A stretch of 64,000 nucleotides of DNA from Tubiluchus corallicola. Lineage: Eukaryota > Animalia > Priapulida. This document shows, in pieces, positions 1-14,247 of the stretch. The stretch spans positions 372,001 to 436,000 of the forward strand of contig JAQGDQ010000067.1 of assembly GCA_030141605.1 (NCBI GenBank), written 5' to 3'. Under the pieces are notes generated by a model. The model saw only the letters and a program-made list of their open reading frames with translations. It made no database searches and was not told the DNA's origin. The position numbers and the translations under genes are program-made. The first letter of the stretch is position 1. Each line of letters begins with the position of its first letter.

Positions 1-74
1 ACCTAATTATAGCTCATGCATGATCTACATGGCATGGAGGAAGAAAACCGCTTCAAGTTCTTGTAAACACTAGC

Positions 75-3000
75 ATGGAGAGTTTTGATACAATTGACTC
101 TGCCGATGACTGTCATCTTTCACAGCCAAAGTTTTCATCTACACCTACAAAGCCAAAACTAAGTTCAGCCACTGGATTCTATCTTCTACGCATTTTAAAT
201 ATCAACTGCCAATATTTGGTAAATAAGGAACAATTGTTTTACAACTTAGTGGACAAGGTGAAACCAGATGTAGTATTCTTAACCGAAACTTGGTTTACAA
301 GCCAAAAACACAATGCAAAATATTTCAATATTAATCATTTTTCTGTGTACAGACAACATAGAGGTGGAAACCTTGGTGGAACTGGCATGATGATGGCTAT
401 AAATAGAGATTTTGACAACTCCCATGAAGAAGATCTTGAGACAGAATTGGCTGAAAAGGCGTTGGTTAAAGTGTGTATAAAAACCTGCAAAAATCTGTAT
501 GTTGTTGGATGCTATCATGCCAAGGCTGGTGATAATGACACAGTAGGGGCACTTGACTCTGTATTACAAAAAATAGCTGATAAAAGGAGCAATCCAATTC
601 TTTCTCAAGTGAGGAATTCAACTTTCCAGGATTTGACTGGCCTAACAGGACATTAAACCAATCGCGTCCATATGTAAACCTGCATAACAAGTTTGACAGC
701 TTAATTAGTGATCATGGTCTCACACAATCGTGAATGTTGCTACTCACCGCGGTAACATTCTTGATCTTATTATCACCAATCGACTGAACTAAATTTTAAA
801 TGCTCATACACTTCCTGGTGTATCAGACCACGATATAGTTTACACGGAAGTTGATATTAAACCAACTAGAAGGAAACAAACTGCACGGCAGATTCCACTA
901 TATCTTAAAACCAACTGGGATGGTTTTCCACAATTTATCAAACAGGTATCAGTTAACATGTGTAATATTGCATCCGTACATACAGCCGATGAACTGTGGC
1001 ACCTTCTCATGTTGCATGAAGGTATTAACATTTTCATCCCACACAAAACTACCAGCCAGCCATGGATCACCAATGCACTCAAAGGGAAAATCCCACTTAG
1101 GGATTGAGCATATTCGGTTAGTAAGAATACTGGCAGTGCACAAGCTGACCAGAGGTTTTTAGCTTTGGAGAGAGAAGTCTAACAGGATATTTGCCGTGCA
1201 TACTGGGCTTATATCAATCATATAGTTACTCTACAGCAGTCAGACAGTAGTGCTTTTTTTCAGGAATGAACTGTTTCTAGACGTTTATCAAACAAAGCTG
1301 TAGATTTCAGTCGAGTTGTACCCTTAAAGTTGGATGGCAAGCTGATTGCAGATCCATAGGGCAAACCCGAAGCCTTGAACAATCAGTTTCAGAGTGTCTT
1401 TACCAGAGAGACTGGCACCTCCAGTAATCATGTGATTACCTCTGTTCCATCTATGTCTCAAATTAGTGTATCAGTTCTAAGTGTATTAAAATTGCTAAAA
1501 AAGTTAAATCCTCCTAAAGCATCGGGTCCGGTCAACCTTAGTCCTCGAGTGTTGTAGGAACTGAGTAATGAGTCGGCTATTCCACTTACATCTTTCGCTA
1601 ATCATTATCATCCGGAGTAGTCCCTACAGATTGGAAGTATGCAAACTTCACCCCTATCTTTAAAAAAGGTGAAAAATATCTTTGTTCAAATGACTGTCCT
1701 ATTAGCTTATCTAGTGTCTTATCTAAAATTGCGGAACATAGTACCTGCAGCTCTCTCATGCATCACACTGACAGCCATAATATATTTTATCAATTACAAC
1801 ATAGTTTTTGCTCCCATCGATCATGTGAAACATAACTGATCGAACTGGTCAACGATATAGCAACAAACATGCAGCTAGGCTTCCAGGCAGACATTTGTGT
1901 GCTTGACTTCTCCAAGGCATTTGATAAGGTGAGCCATAGATATTTAATGGAGAAACGTTTCTTGTATAGTGTTGATTGCATGGTGAACACCTGGCTAGGG
2001 AGCTTCCTGAGTGATTGAACTCAATCTGTTGTTGATGATGGTGCATCTTCGACTAGGGCCTCTGTTAAATCTGGAGTTCCTCAAAGATTCGCACTTGGGC
2101 TATGCCTATTCCTCTTTGCAGTCTAAAGTACGACTGTTTGCTGATGACCCCATGTCTTACTAATCAGTAAAGAATGTAATGTAAAATTTATTTATATAGC
2201 ACAGTACATTGTTTGAAATCTCACAATGCTGAACAATAAAGTGCATTTGAAATTCATAAGAAACAAAATTTAAAAGCCATTAAAAATTAAAAATAATTCA
2301 TCATAAAAAGTACAAATATGTTTTAAACCGTTTTGATAGAATGCTTCAAGAGGATCTGGATAATCTTGTAGGGAGGTCAAGCAAATGGAAGATGGACTTT
2401 CATCCTGACAAGTGTGAGGTCATCAGTATAACAAGGAAAAGGAATTCAGTGAGATACCAATACGTGCTTCAGGGACATCTGCTAAATTATGTGGGCTCAG
2501 TCAAGTACCTTGGTGTCAATATCTCTCCTGATCTGAGGTTGACTAACCACGTAGATCGGACTGCATCTAAAGCTAACTCTACCATTGGCTTTTTGCGACT
2601 AAATATTGATGTTAACAATAAACAAATTAAAGAACAAGCATACATGAGTCTTACGCACCTGGCACTTGAGTATATTCCTGACTGTTTAGGGACCCACACA
2701 CCATCGGTTTAGTAACTAAGTTGGAATCAGTTGAAAGAAGAGCTACAAGGTTTTCCTTACTATAGGAGATCATCAAGTTTGACTGCCATGAAAACAGAGC
2801 CGAACTGGTACCCACTAGTCAACCGACGCAGGATGGCTAGGCTCGTAATGTTTTACAAAATTCACAACCACCTGGTAGCTGTTGACATGCCTCTCCAGCC
2901 AAAATGCCACACACACTATTCCTTTGCGTATGGAGAATTCATTTGCATACAGCATACCATATTCTTCTTTGGATTATCACCATCACTCTTTTTTCCCGCA

Positions 3001-3310
3001 CACCACAAGGGAATGGAACCACCTTCCAGAGTCAACAGTACAGATTGGCACTCTCAACTTATTCAGGAGTGCCATAAGCTTGATCTAAACTGTGTTAAGG
3101 TACTCCACTGCATGTTGAATGCAGTGTAGGGTGTGGCGCCCCTATCTCGAGGAGTTTGGGAATATTTCTACCTCTTTTATTACGTACCACTGTAAACTAT
3201 TTCTTATTTGCACTGGATAAAGTTTCACGCTAGCGCAACATTCACAAAGCTGAGAGCACAGCCATGTGTTAGAGCCTTCAATTTGATGAAGTTAACGCAT
3301 TATCACGAAA
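75..3310 (+). mobile_element. Degraded CR1-group non-LTR retrotransposon (APE endonuclease + RT, many stops/frameshifts)
   Basis: APE motifs LRILNINCQ..PDVVFLTETW (ORF 75..656); RT remnants PKASGP, LDFSKAFDKV, SGVPQ, RLFADD, VKYLGVNI; C-terminal SFFPHTTREWNHLP (2882..3088); purine-rich tail near 3308. Confidence 0.9.
2177..2337 (-). mobile_element. Short 5'-truncated L2-like 3' end inserted in the RT of the first LINE
   Basis: Reverse strand reads cagcattgtgagatt...gtgctatataaataaattttacattacatt, resembling an L2 3' stem-loop and tail. It is flanked by direct repeat agaatg (2171-2176 and 2338-2343) and interrupts the RT between FADD and LQEDLDNL. Confidence 0.6.
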
Positions 3311-4906
3311 AAGAAAAAAAGAGCAAAAGGAAAAAGAGAGAGGGGGAGGGAAGGGAGGGAGTGGGGTAGTGGGGGAGAGAGAAAAGAAGAGAAAGAGATT
3401 TGCAATGTTATAAATTATATCCCATTTTTTCTTCTTAATTATAGTATCATGAAATCACTGATAAATCCTCATTGAAAGGAAATTGTTGGAAATCTGAGTA
3501 TGAGTTTATCTTTTGTAATTCTAACCTGTTTTATGTGCTAACATCATTTTTACATGCTGTAACTGTAGGATGAACAAATTCACCTGAGGCATAATTTTCT
3601 CGGAGATGTATCAAAGATAAGTTTAGTGTTCTGTAAATCCACCGAATCTGTCACAGTTTCACAACCTACTATTTCTTCAGAAACAACTTACATTTAGGTA
3701 ACGAGTGCACTATGTTTCATTATCACATTGAATTATTTTATATTAGTAAATGTGATATGCAAACATACACTAGATTTATTTCCTTTTTTGAAGGAAATAA
3801 TAGCATCTGTAATGGTTAAGGTCGTGCAGTGATGTCCCCCTACTTTCATAGTTTTGTTTATGTTTGTTTATGTCTCTGTACAGTTTTATTTTTCAATTAA
3901 ACATGCGCACACATGTTTCTGTGTTCTGCATGCAAAATCTTTTTATCTAGTTGCACTTGGTGTTGCCACGTCATCAGAATGTAAGTTAATTTTCATAGAT
4001 GAAAAAAATTACTAGATGCTGCTTGAGTTGTTTTGCCTGAGCTAGCTTTATATTCTAAGCAGTTAAGTTGATTTAAATTTTGAGTGTACAAGAATTATAA
4101 TTCCATTTCACAAGTTTCTCTAGTCTTCCATTTTTCATTTTCGGTCATAAATTCAGATGTTAACATCATTTATTAACAAACTACATTGATTAGTTTATTT
4201 AGGCACATCGGCAACAAATTTCTTCTATTATTGCCAATATTTTTAACAGCAAATTTGCTAAATACATGTACAAAATTGATCTATCTAATAAATCTAAGCT
4301 TTTGCATGCAAAACTGAGTTAAATTTGTTTGTTTGTCCATCTATTCTCTAACGTTTCTCAATAGCAAAGCACCCATGCAATCACATTATAAGGTTATAAG
4401 AAATTATAATAATATTTAGAAGCACCTTTATTTTTGATTTTTGCTTGATTGCAGCTAGCTTGAACTGCATTAAGAAAGGAAAAACATAAACAGCTAATTT
4501 TGATAAATGCATATAGTATGTGTGTGTGTTTTTATTGTTGCTGTTTTGGGTTATACATTTGTGATGTAAAACTTATAAATAGATCTATTTTGCAGTGAAG
4601 TCAGTCTCATTTTCGTTCTCAGTCTCGTTGTTCGAGCATTTCGAAACTCTGCTGTTTACTTATGGTGAGGCAAACAGTGGGTATTTCAAACTTGGATGTG
4701 TGACAACAGTAAAATGATGTGTTTTAATTAATCAATTTAATAATCTATTGATGAAAAAATTATCTCTGTTTATAGTTAGCTTATTACGAATATTTTGGTA
4801 GAAAGCAAAAGCTATGTAGAACGTTTGGTCATTGGTAGATGGATTTATCAGCATTTCTTAGTTCAAGCAGTTTCAACATTGTGTAAAATGTTTTCATTGT
4901 TGCTGT

Positions 4907-6152
4907 CAGGGCTTGCTCTACCACTAGGCAAACTAGGCAGTTACTTAGGACACAAAATTTTCATGGCCCCAATTCTGGAATAAGTCTTCAGGAACGGAAT
5001 ACAAGAAATAAAAGGTAAAGCTGGCAAGTGACGATGTGAACAGCAAAAATAATCTCTAGTGAAGTATTTGCAATCCAATTTCCAAACCAGAATTATAGTT
5101 GTGAAAGTGATTAAGCTAGTGACATGATTGTATGCACGAAAAAAAGGAGTTAGGGTTTCACAAATTTTCTGACGAAAAGTCTGAGGGAAAATCTAGCCAA
5201 GAGTACAAGAAATTGCAGAAATTTAATTGCCCGTCAAGACCAAGGACATACAATTGGGTTATAAGTTCAACTTCAAGTAAAATAAGCTGAAGCAGGTAAT
5301 TAACACTTGTTTAGTATATGTTTAAGCCTAATGCACAGGTACTGTTATACTTCATTATAATATGTGTGTTTGTGCAGCAAAAACGTTCATAAGTTGGCAA
5401 TTAGTGTTTTCCTAGTTATTCACATAACCCGTGAATCTCCATTTCCTGAGGATCATTTTGATACCAAGTTCAGTGCTCTATGTTATTTTTTAGCTGAGAT
5501 AATCCACGTTAAAATTAAGGTGCAGGCTGTGCACTGAAAAACATAAGCTTGAGAAAATTGCTGTTAAAGTTTGCCATTGTTTTTTGTTTCATTTCTTTGA
5601 GACACTTAGCAACCGTGTGAAAGAATGGTTTCAATGGACTTTGTAAAAGCACGTTGAAGTTACTTTAAATGCAGTAGATGGGTCATACAGAAAAGCATCT
5701 GAGCTTGACAACAAAAAAACCCCAAGCAAAATAGCTGATTCCACAAGCTACTGTCGGAGTTGGTAAACACAAGTTTTTCACACCTGAGATACTGATTTTT
5801 GGGCACGGCAGCTGTTAACGGGTTATAAAAATTGAATTTTTAGCATTTTTAAAACATTTTGCTGACAATTTTATGCCAAAATATGAAAGTCCAATATATT
5901 TAACATTTGTTTTTGTAAAAAACAAAAATATGATATTCGACCAAATCTTTGATGCTTTCTACTTTGAGGCATTGTAACATAGTCTTAACGCTGCCGCCAT
6001 GTACGGTTTTGGTTTGCAAGTACACATATTATACAAGAAAAATTCATTTTGTTGGAGTGTGTTGGAAACCATGGGGAAAGGGGTTGATCGTTGAGGAAGT
6101 GGCACTAGAAATACTTCTAGCTGGGGTGTTAAACTACCTAGAACCGGCCCTA
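4907..6152. mobile_element. Non-autonomous hAT-type element (MITE)
   Basis: Degenerate TIRs cagggcttgctcta / tagaaccggcccta with 8-bp flanking duplication gttgctgt (4899-4906) / gttgctat (6153-6160). Confidence 0.65.
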
Positions 6153-7949
6153 GTTGCTATTGCTTTATAATATGGTGTGGGTGGTGTTGTGTGTTTTTTA
6201 AATATTGTGGCATTACAGTTAAGCACTATTGCAGAAGGGACGGACTGAAGGGCAACTTTCATACCATGGCATATTACTAAAATTTGTACATCTTACTCTT
6301 GGAGAGGATATTGATAAATTTAAGAACTACTTAAGCAATATGAAATACATATAAAAACAACAATATAAGAGTGTTGTAGATCATTGAAATGCAAGTAGGT
6401 TTTATAAGAAACCTTGAGGAACACCAGCACTGATTTCATGTACACAAGACTGTGCAATTATTAAACAGCTTGCATTCTTTTATTGTAACATGCAAGATAA
6501 TAGACAGCATTCTACCACCTATGCCATTTTACTAAAGTTTATGGAACAAACTATGTGCCAGAGCTGATTGAAAGTCTTGGACATGTGAATGTTTTATAAC
6601 TTGGATTTGATGCTTAGGTGCTCTAATTAAAGCTCTATTAATATGCTCAATGACTAATGAGAGCACGTGGATAGTTGAGGTAAGAATAGCGAAAACTGCG
6701 GGTTAACCTGTGAGATAATTATTGTCCAAAAATGTAGTGATGACATTCAAAGATTGTAGAGGCAATTGGTAGCAAGCTGATAGGGCGATAATTCACGGAT
6801 CTATTTTAAGTGATATGATAATTGATTCTAATTTCTATGAAATGTTGAACAGCCTAGCTAGCAGAGCACACAATGTAGGGTTTGCATTTTTAAGACGTGA
6901 TGAAATTTCTCAGGCTCAGGGTTGTTGATGATACAATCAACTTTTCAAGGTGTGAAGCAAAGATCAAAGTTAATTAATGTCTTGGGGGGCGAAAATAATG
7001 GAAGCTGGTGTTCAACTATTCATCGTTTTATGTATTGATATTTTTGCTAAAATGGCAATATAGTAAATTGCATCAATAATAAAAACAAGTTTATGACAAC
7101 GAGCATAGTTGTAAGTTTATTCTTTTGTAAATAAGAAACTGAGCAAGTTTTTCGTTAACACCTTGCATCTAATGCAGCATCCGTTAGCATCTAGATACAG
7201 TTATGAGTCCAAGCTTCAAGAATTTTTTCCATGTTTTAACATTCTAATGGAGCTCTATAGAAGATGTTGTATGTCTTAAAAGTCTTAAAAAACTTTCTTG
7301 TTGCAGCTTCACGTTAGTTGGACAGCTATAATGTATGGCAAGTTAGCAACAACTAAATTTATTGGGTATTGCTAAGATCAGTAAGTTAGGGTTTATGCAG
7401 CATTGAGAATTTTCCCAGTATTTTATTTAGAAAGTAACTGAACGAAACGTTAAATATGTATTTAAAACGTGGGCATGTTTTGATGAATTTATGCTCGTGT
7501 AGTAATCAACTGTTTTAGTCTGGATGATTTACTTCGGATGCCTTTAGGTTGTTGTATCAGTGATACCTCTTATCTAATGTTCACTCTGCTACGGTTTGAT
7601 TCTAGGCCTAAAACTCTAGTTAATGATTATTGCACCAAACCACTACTTACATTTTTGGTTACATCATAAGTTTGGTGATTAGCAATATATTTGTCTTTCA
7701 GAATTTGAATAAATTTACTGCAGAAACTCGAAATACAATGATACACTAATGGGTAAGAGCTAGTAGCTATTGTCATTGCATGTGTGCTTTGCTTATTATT
7801 ATTACACATTATGCCTGCTGGAAATTTATTCTATAATATGAAATTCTTCAGTACCCTTACTTTTACCTGAGCCTTTAACACGATAATTTTGTCTAACGTG
7901 CATATTATGAAGTCCCTCAGTGTCTAATTTTAATTGAAGTTAAATGTAT

Positions 7950-8089
7950 TGTTTAATAACTTAATATTGTTCTTATCTTGAACAATATATCTTGTTCTTA
8001 TCTTGAGCAATTTATATATATATATAAATTGTTCAAGATAAGAACAAAATATATTGTTCAAGATAAGAACAATATTAAGTTATTAAACA
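7950..8089. repeat. Near-perfect 140-bp AT-rich palindrome centred on (TA)n
   Basis: Left arm tgtttaataacttaatattgttcttatcttgaacaatatat... is the reverse complement of the right arm with about 2 mismatches and no spacer. Confidence 0.9.
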
Positions 8090-8361
8090 GTTATTAAGAA
8101 CAATATATATAAGCACTTAACATGGCAAGATTAGGCATAATGGCTATTAGGGTGTTGGAAGATGCAGAACTAACACCAATTCAGGAAAATGCCAATGGCA
8201 GTGATGAGCTCAAACCTGCAAAATTTTTAAAAATTTTTACTTTTTGTTTATATGTAACTTTTGCTCATGCAGTTCATGTGGCATGGTATGTATGTTACGT
8301 TTACGTAAACTGCTTTATTGGATTTAGTTATGGATTGGTTTGTTTTATAGTAATAGTAGAT

Positions 8362-9660
8362 GAGGTACATGACATTTGGTCACGGGACATTTGTGCACCA
8401 GAGCACTTGGGCACAAGACATTTGAGCACCAGTAAAATTTAATGTTGTGCCTACTTTTTCATGTTTGTTTGTTAAATTTCTAATGACTCTCTATAATTTC
8501 CTAACTCTCACAATATTTTTTTAAAAAAATCGTCACTTCACTAAATTAAACTTATGCAGTAATGATGCATGCATGTGATATAACAATTAAAAGTAATCAA
8601 TAGACTGTGCACCTGGTTTTTCACCTTAATTCAGTATTTCGTGTGTAGCTTTTAAAATGAACGACGCAGAAGAAGGTACTGCTTTTTATTTCAAAAATAT
8701 CTAGTGCATCACAAAAACAGTGTAATAGAAATATGTGTCGCAAAAAATCTATTAGCGTCAGTACATCTAGTGCAACAATTTAACCAGTAATTTTATATCG
8801 CAGTACCATATACATTGAATGCTTTAAGAAACTGACATAGAACGTATGGTTTAGTTTATTAGTTGCTTACACTAGCTGTCAAAAAGGCAAAAGACAAAAA
8901 GACAACATTTATTTACCCGTCCCTTATTTAACAGGCAACATTAGCATGTAATGACTTGCACCTGAACACAGATAAGGGCATAACACACAAGTAACGAATA
9001 ACATATGCCCTGGTTTTTACAGCTGCTAGTCTTGAACTCAAGACTGCGTGGTTGCAGTCCGAAATCTAAACCACTCAGCCACCCAACCCAGTTGCCAACT
9101 CGAATACGAGTAGCTAGATCAATTAGTAAGCCATTAAATAATACATACTTATTAGTACTAAAATCAAAAATAATTATAAGCATTTTTGCTGTACCTCTTT
9201 CGAAATGTATGATTATTATACGTTCAGCATCTGTGTTTTTACATACACTAAGTGAGTTATACTATGTATAGCTGTTTCCATTTTACACAATTGTACCCAC
9301 CTGTTTTTTCACCACCCCGTCTCTATAACTCTTTATTAAATTATATTGTGCATATGTTAATATTACTAACACGAAAGAGACAATTAAAATAAATTGAATT
9401 ACAATTTAATTTGTACAAATTTTTAGATGTTTAAAATCTTTCATGGTAATCAGGTAGGTTCCGAGGATTCCGACAATAATTTTAGCCTGTTAGGCAGTGT
9501 TATTTATTGTGCAAAACAGAAATGAAGTATTTTTGCGTGATGGAGTTACGGTGGGCGTAACTTGTGCATCGGTGCTGGCATCCAAATGTCTCGCGTTCAG
9601 ATGTCTGTCACCCAAACAGTCTTGCCCAAATGTCCTGTCTCCTAGATGGTTTAGACACCT
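8362..9660. mobile_element. MITE-like element with inverted arrays of short subterminal motifs
   Basis: Repeated gacatttg motifs at 8370-8430 are mirrored by repeated caaatgtc motifs at 9580-9640; a SINE lies between them. Confidence 0.5.
8878..9098 (-). mobile_element. tRNA-derived SINE
   Basis: Minus-strand A-box TGGCTGAGTGG (~9071-9081) and B-box GAGTTCAAGAC (~9029-9039), then AATAAA and a (gtcttttt)n-like tail near 8880-8915. Confidence 0.65.
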
Positions 9661-10648
9661 AGACATATCTCTGTACTTTTTTATAAGTTTAAAATAGAAT
9701 GTGTTTGTTAATGACTTTACTGTTATATAACTATTTAATACACTATACAAATAACAAAAAACATTTTACAGTTTTTATATTTTTGTATTTTGTTTATAAC
9801 CATACCTATAACTCTTCAGTGAGTTAATTTAAAGATAGGAACGGCATTGTAAATAACACTGATTAGCTACTTTGCCTCTTATCTCGTTCCACTTTATGGA
9901 TGGTTGTGGCAAGACGGAACCTGATTCATTATCAAGGCTATATATCTGAGACAGGGCAGTGAACCGACAAATGTGTCTGGTGTTTAGTGCACACATTCAA
10001 ATGTAAATGCACTTCAAATGATGATTTGTACTATGTGATATAATTATAAGGTTATTAGGTTATAGTATTCATTTCATGCACCTTAAGATTCATAACATAC
10101 TTGAAAAGAATTGATCTCTCAAATTGTCATCATGCCACAATTTTTATAGCTTTCTTACTGTGCATTTTTAATTTTATATTTTAAACGCTGACCTGCGTTA
10201 TCTTTTTGTCCACAAATAGAATAAAATATTGAAACCATTCTTAGATTAAAATGATCTTGATTGTTTAAAAGTTTTCATTAATAAACCAAAAAGCATAACA
10301 AACTGTGAATAAATATTAGTTCCATTGTTAGTTAGTTAGTTGCATTGTTTCTTACCAATGCTGTACTGGTCTGTGTCTGCATAGTGGTGACTAGCATTCA
10401 AGAGTTTTACAAAATTTCGCTCCAAGTGATTATTTTTGTTAAAATTAGCACAAACGTGGTGATAGCTATTCTATTTCCTACAAAAAGAGATGCATTTTTA
10501 TTATGCAAAGAGCTATTACTGCCATAAATTAATACATGTATAACATGCAACTAAAGGGTGATTGTGAAAATTACCTTTTGTATTTAATGGCAGTTTATTA
10601 TTTAATTAAATTCTAAGTGTAATAATCATATTGTCTAATTTTGATTAG

Positions 10649-10783
10649 AAAAGAGGTTATCCACCCATGCTGTCTGGCTCTGGACGAGGGGAGATAAATG
10701 TAGAACTTAATCCATCAGAGAGGAGTAATAGAGTCACACCTGTGCTTGAACGTGGTTCAAACATTCAAACAACTATGATCTAA
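10649..10783 (+). CDS. Putative terminal coding exon of an unidentified plus-strand gene (KRGYPPMLSG...GSNIQTTMI*)
   Basis: ttttgattag acceptor, 44 open codons of less AT-biased composition, a stop, then a T/G-rich UTR-like tract with AATAAA at 11657. Upstream exons could not be joined reliably. Confidence 0.35.
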   Translation, partial: KRGYPPMLSGSGRGEINVELNPSERSNRVTPVLERGSNIQTTMI

Positions 10784-13700
10784 TGAATGGTCCACAATTT
10801 CAATTCATCGTTATAATAATGGCTGTAAATCACTGCATGTAATTATCTAAATAAGAGAAGAGGTTAATTTTATTTTATTTTGCATCAGTGCTGCACAATA
10901 CTGAAGTAGAATAGCTTTAATAAAAATGTGTAGGATATTAACTATATACTAAACTTGGATAGGTTATCACTATTGTAGGGCATATGTATAGATAATTTGT
11001 GTGTATTTGTAGGTGATTAATTTTTGCAAATTCTTGATTTGAATGCCATGTTGTTTTTTTAAAGTTTATTTCTTAATGTTAAGTAGATGTGTATTTATCC
11101 TGTAAGATGTAATATGCTGTGATTGCTGCTTATAAATATTTATTCAAAGTGCCTTGTGTAAATCAGAGATATTTTCAGCTAGTTGCATATATTTTGGTCC
11201 ATTTTTCGGTTATTTTAATTGTCAAAATTTTTACTCTTAGGTTTGGATGCACAATGTAAGAGGCATGTTTTATCACATGAATGAGTATGTACATCTTATT
11301 TTAATATTAGACTAATTTTTGTAATATTATACTGTATATTTGTTAATGTTGACAGCTGATGTTATTAGTTCTATATCAATGCCCAAATATTGAAAAAATT
11401 ACAGACCTGATTTAAAAACCTATGTACTGTCTCACCTGAACATATAACCAACTATCATAATCATTCTAGTCATTTAAACGTTCATCAAGTTTTGAGAGGG
11501 TTGAATTTGGTAGCACCGTGCAGCAGAATTTCCTCTAAGTGAAAGTATTTAAGCTTTAGTAAGGGTTGCTACTAATTTTTCAACTTATGTGCATAGTCTG
11601 AACCATTATACCTGTGCAATGATTGTGTGTATTAAATGCTGTAATTATTAAGAAGTAATAAATTATGAGTTCTATTAAAACTAATTTTTATTTTGAAATA
11701 CTGCAACAGAATTAGGCTAAATTAATATATATATATATATATGTAACTGATCAGAAACTGGTTTTGTCATCATAAGCAAAAATGAGCAATAACAATGTCT
11801 GAGTTCTAATTTAGGAGTGTCATTGGGTGACTGCTACTTATTTAAAAAAATGAGACAGTTATTAATAATGAAATTTACTTCTTATGCACTGATAATTATG
11901 CACGCAAAGTATGAGAGGACACATACTTGGTTAGATACAGCTAATGACACGTGAAACAAACTAGTTTCATTGTACAACATGTGCATGTACTGTATAATTA
12001 AAATAAAAATTCTGACAATGGCAAATTTTCGCAACAAAAATGGCACCTTGTTTTTGTGAAACAGTATGGTATTAAACAGTAAATACTCGTCAGTACTATT
12101 CTACTTATAATGCAGATGACAACATTCAGGTTAAAATGACAGCCCCTACCCAAATGTACCATCTCTATAAAAACTCGAACATGATTAATAAAGTGATCAT
12201 GATAAACCATTGAAGTAGAAATTAAAACTATTGCATAAAACTCGCACAAAATGTAAGGTATAAATGAGTTTATATGACTAAGTTATTTTTAAAAAAATAC
12301 TTAAATGCCAAAATCCACAAAAATAAATAAAACCTGTTTATCAAAAAGTTATTTGTAAAAAAATACGTTTGGTATTACACTAGCTAAAACTAAGGTTCAG
12401 TTGATTAGCAGATAAAATACATCGTTCAATGTAAAAAAAAATAACACCAGTTATTACATCCCCAACACATGAGAACAAAGTCGCTTCATTGCTACAAAAA
12501 CGTTCCTTGAAAATGAAGTTGAAAGTCTTCAATGGACAAAGAAAACACACTCATGAAGTAGAAAACATTTTGAATGATAGCACTCTTGTCATTCATGGGC
12601 CAATTTTACATCACACGTTCCACTATAGAATATTAACTACTCACAAAGTCATTTCACTCAACGTGGAGCATCTTTTGCTCCATACATGTTTCAGACAGAA
12701 CTAAGAAAGCTGCTAACTGACTTGGATGACACAATAAGTTGTGACTGCCATACGGAGTCAAAGTTTGTTGAGTCAACATACATGTATAGTAGTCAGCTTT
12801 CAAAAATATTAGGGAAACCTCCAAATTTAAGAGAAAAATGCTGCCCATACAGGGAATTAAATTATTGTAAAGAGCTTTAGATTGCTAAAAAGTAAGCAAA
12901 ACTTTAAATCAGTTGAAGCATTTATATGTGGAATAATTATCCTATGTTTTTAACGACAAATTTGTTCTGCAAATGATGTCCAATATCATGAAAAATCTGA
13001 TGATTAAAATTAATCATACAACATGAGCTCACTATCACAGCAAAATAGTTTGATTTGGCAAGTCAACACCTTTGTCATACATGCACATGTCATTACATTA
13101 TCATGAGTAAGTCAACCACATCAAAGTGAATAAAAGTCAGTTCAGCAGTTTTCAATACATAATGGATAGTCAGTATGATTTGGCAACTTTAACTAAAGAT
13201 AAATAAAGACAGGGAAGGACTGACTAACTTTCGAAACATATACGAGACTCTGACCAAAACCTACCACTGTCATCCCCTCACCAAGCACTAGTAGCTTGTT
13301 ATTCTATGAAATGTCAATGCTTGTTCACCACAAGTGCATAACATTGCTCTGTATATTTAGCTCATTTACAACTCAAAGTTTTAGTAGTTTTCTACAATCA
13401 TAATGCAGCATAATATGGTAAAATGACTTTGCTTAATGTCATAATACAATTATAACCTACTGAACATTTTCAAGAGATTATGAACAGTGCATAATCTATA
13501 ATCTTAAAATAAATTAATGATTAATCATCCTACAATGTAATTTTACAAATAAGGCACAGGCTTAATTGAGGGCAACAAATGTATGGTAATTTTTACCTTA
13601 CATAAATTTCACATTCATTTTTAATTATAATTATTATTAAACGATGAGTTCAGAAACCTAATCAAATCATGTATGCTTAATACAAACCATTTGATTAATG

Positions 13701-14067
13701 AATTTCACTTTTGTCTGCAACCATCAACATTATCCTATGGAAGGAAATCTTTAACTCTGAACTCGAAAATAATACTATTGTAATCTGTTACATTACAAAT
13801 ACACAATCAACAGTCAGCATAAGCCTAATTTCATTTCAGCTTGATTTGACATTTATCTCTTAACAAATTAACATGCCTATTAAAATTAAATTTAATATTT
13901 TTTTATTTTGCAGCATGATTTTTTTTTATCAAGACTATCTCAACAGCATTCAATTTTTTTATAAGAAGTTATTCTTCGCATAGTTTCAAATTTAGTGACT
14001 GCATTTTTGTCTTTTCTTGTGTTTAGCGTGTTTTGTAATTTATTTTGTGCTTTTCAGGTTGCTGAGT

Positions 14068-14247
14068 TTATAGACTCGCCAAATCGTCGTGTGTTTGTAT
14101 TTTTAACGTTAACTTTCCTTGCTTTGGCTGATCGTCAGCTTTCTTTGGCTGCAGTGGACACTCCAAAATCCGAGTTTGATTATCTACTGGTGCATCAATG
14201 CTAACTTTTCCCATGAATTGGTCCACAACAGGGTTTTTGTTCCACAC
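14068..14247 (-). CDS. CAPN5: Calpain-5 last coding exon
   Basis: [15 protein letters not shown]...[10 protein letters not shown]; TAA at 14068-14070. Confidence 0.93.
   Translation of the reverse strand: MWNKNPVVDQFMGKVSIDAPVDNQTRILECPLQPKKADDQPKQGKLTLKIQTHDDLASL

Noticed and set aside
3569-9980. Scattered exon-like segments on plus (3569-3697, 4596-4664, 6618-6679, ~7178-7268, ~8151-8220, ~9835-9980)
   Set aside because: Some have plausible splice sites, but I could not join them into a consistent stop-free frame or recognise a protein family.
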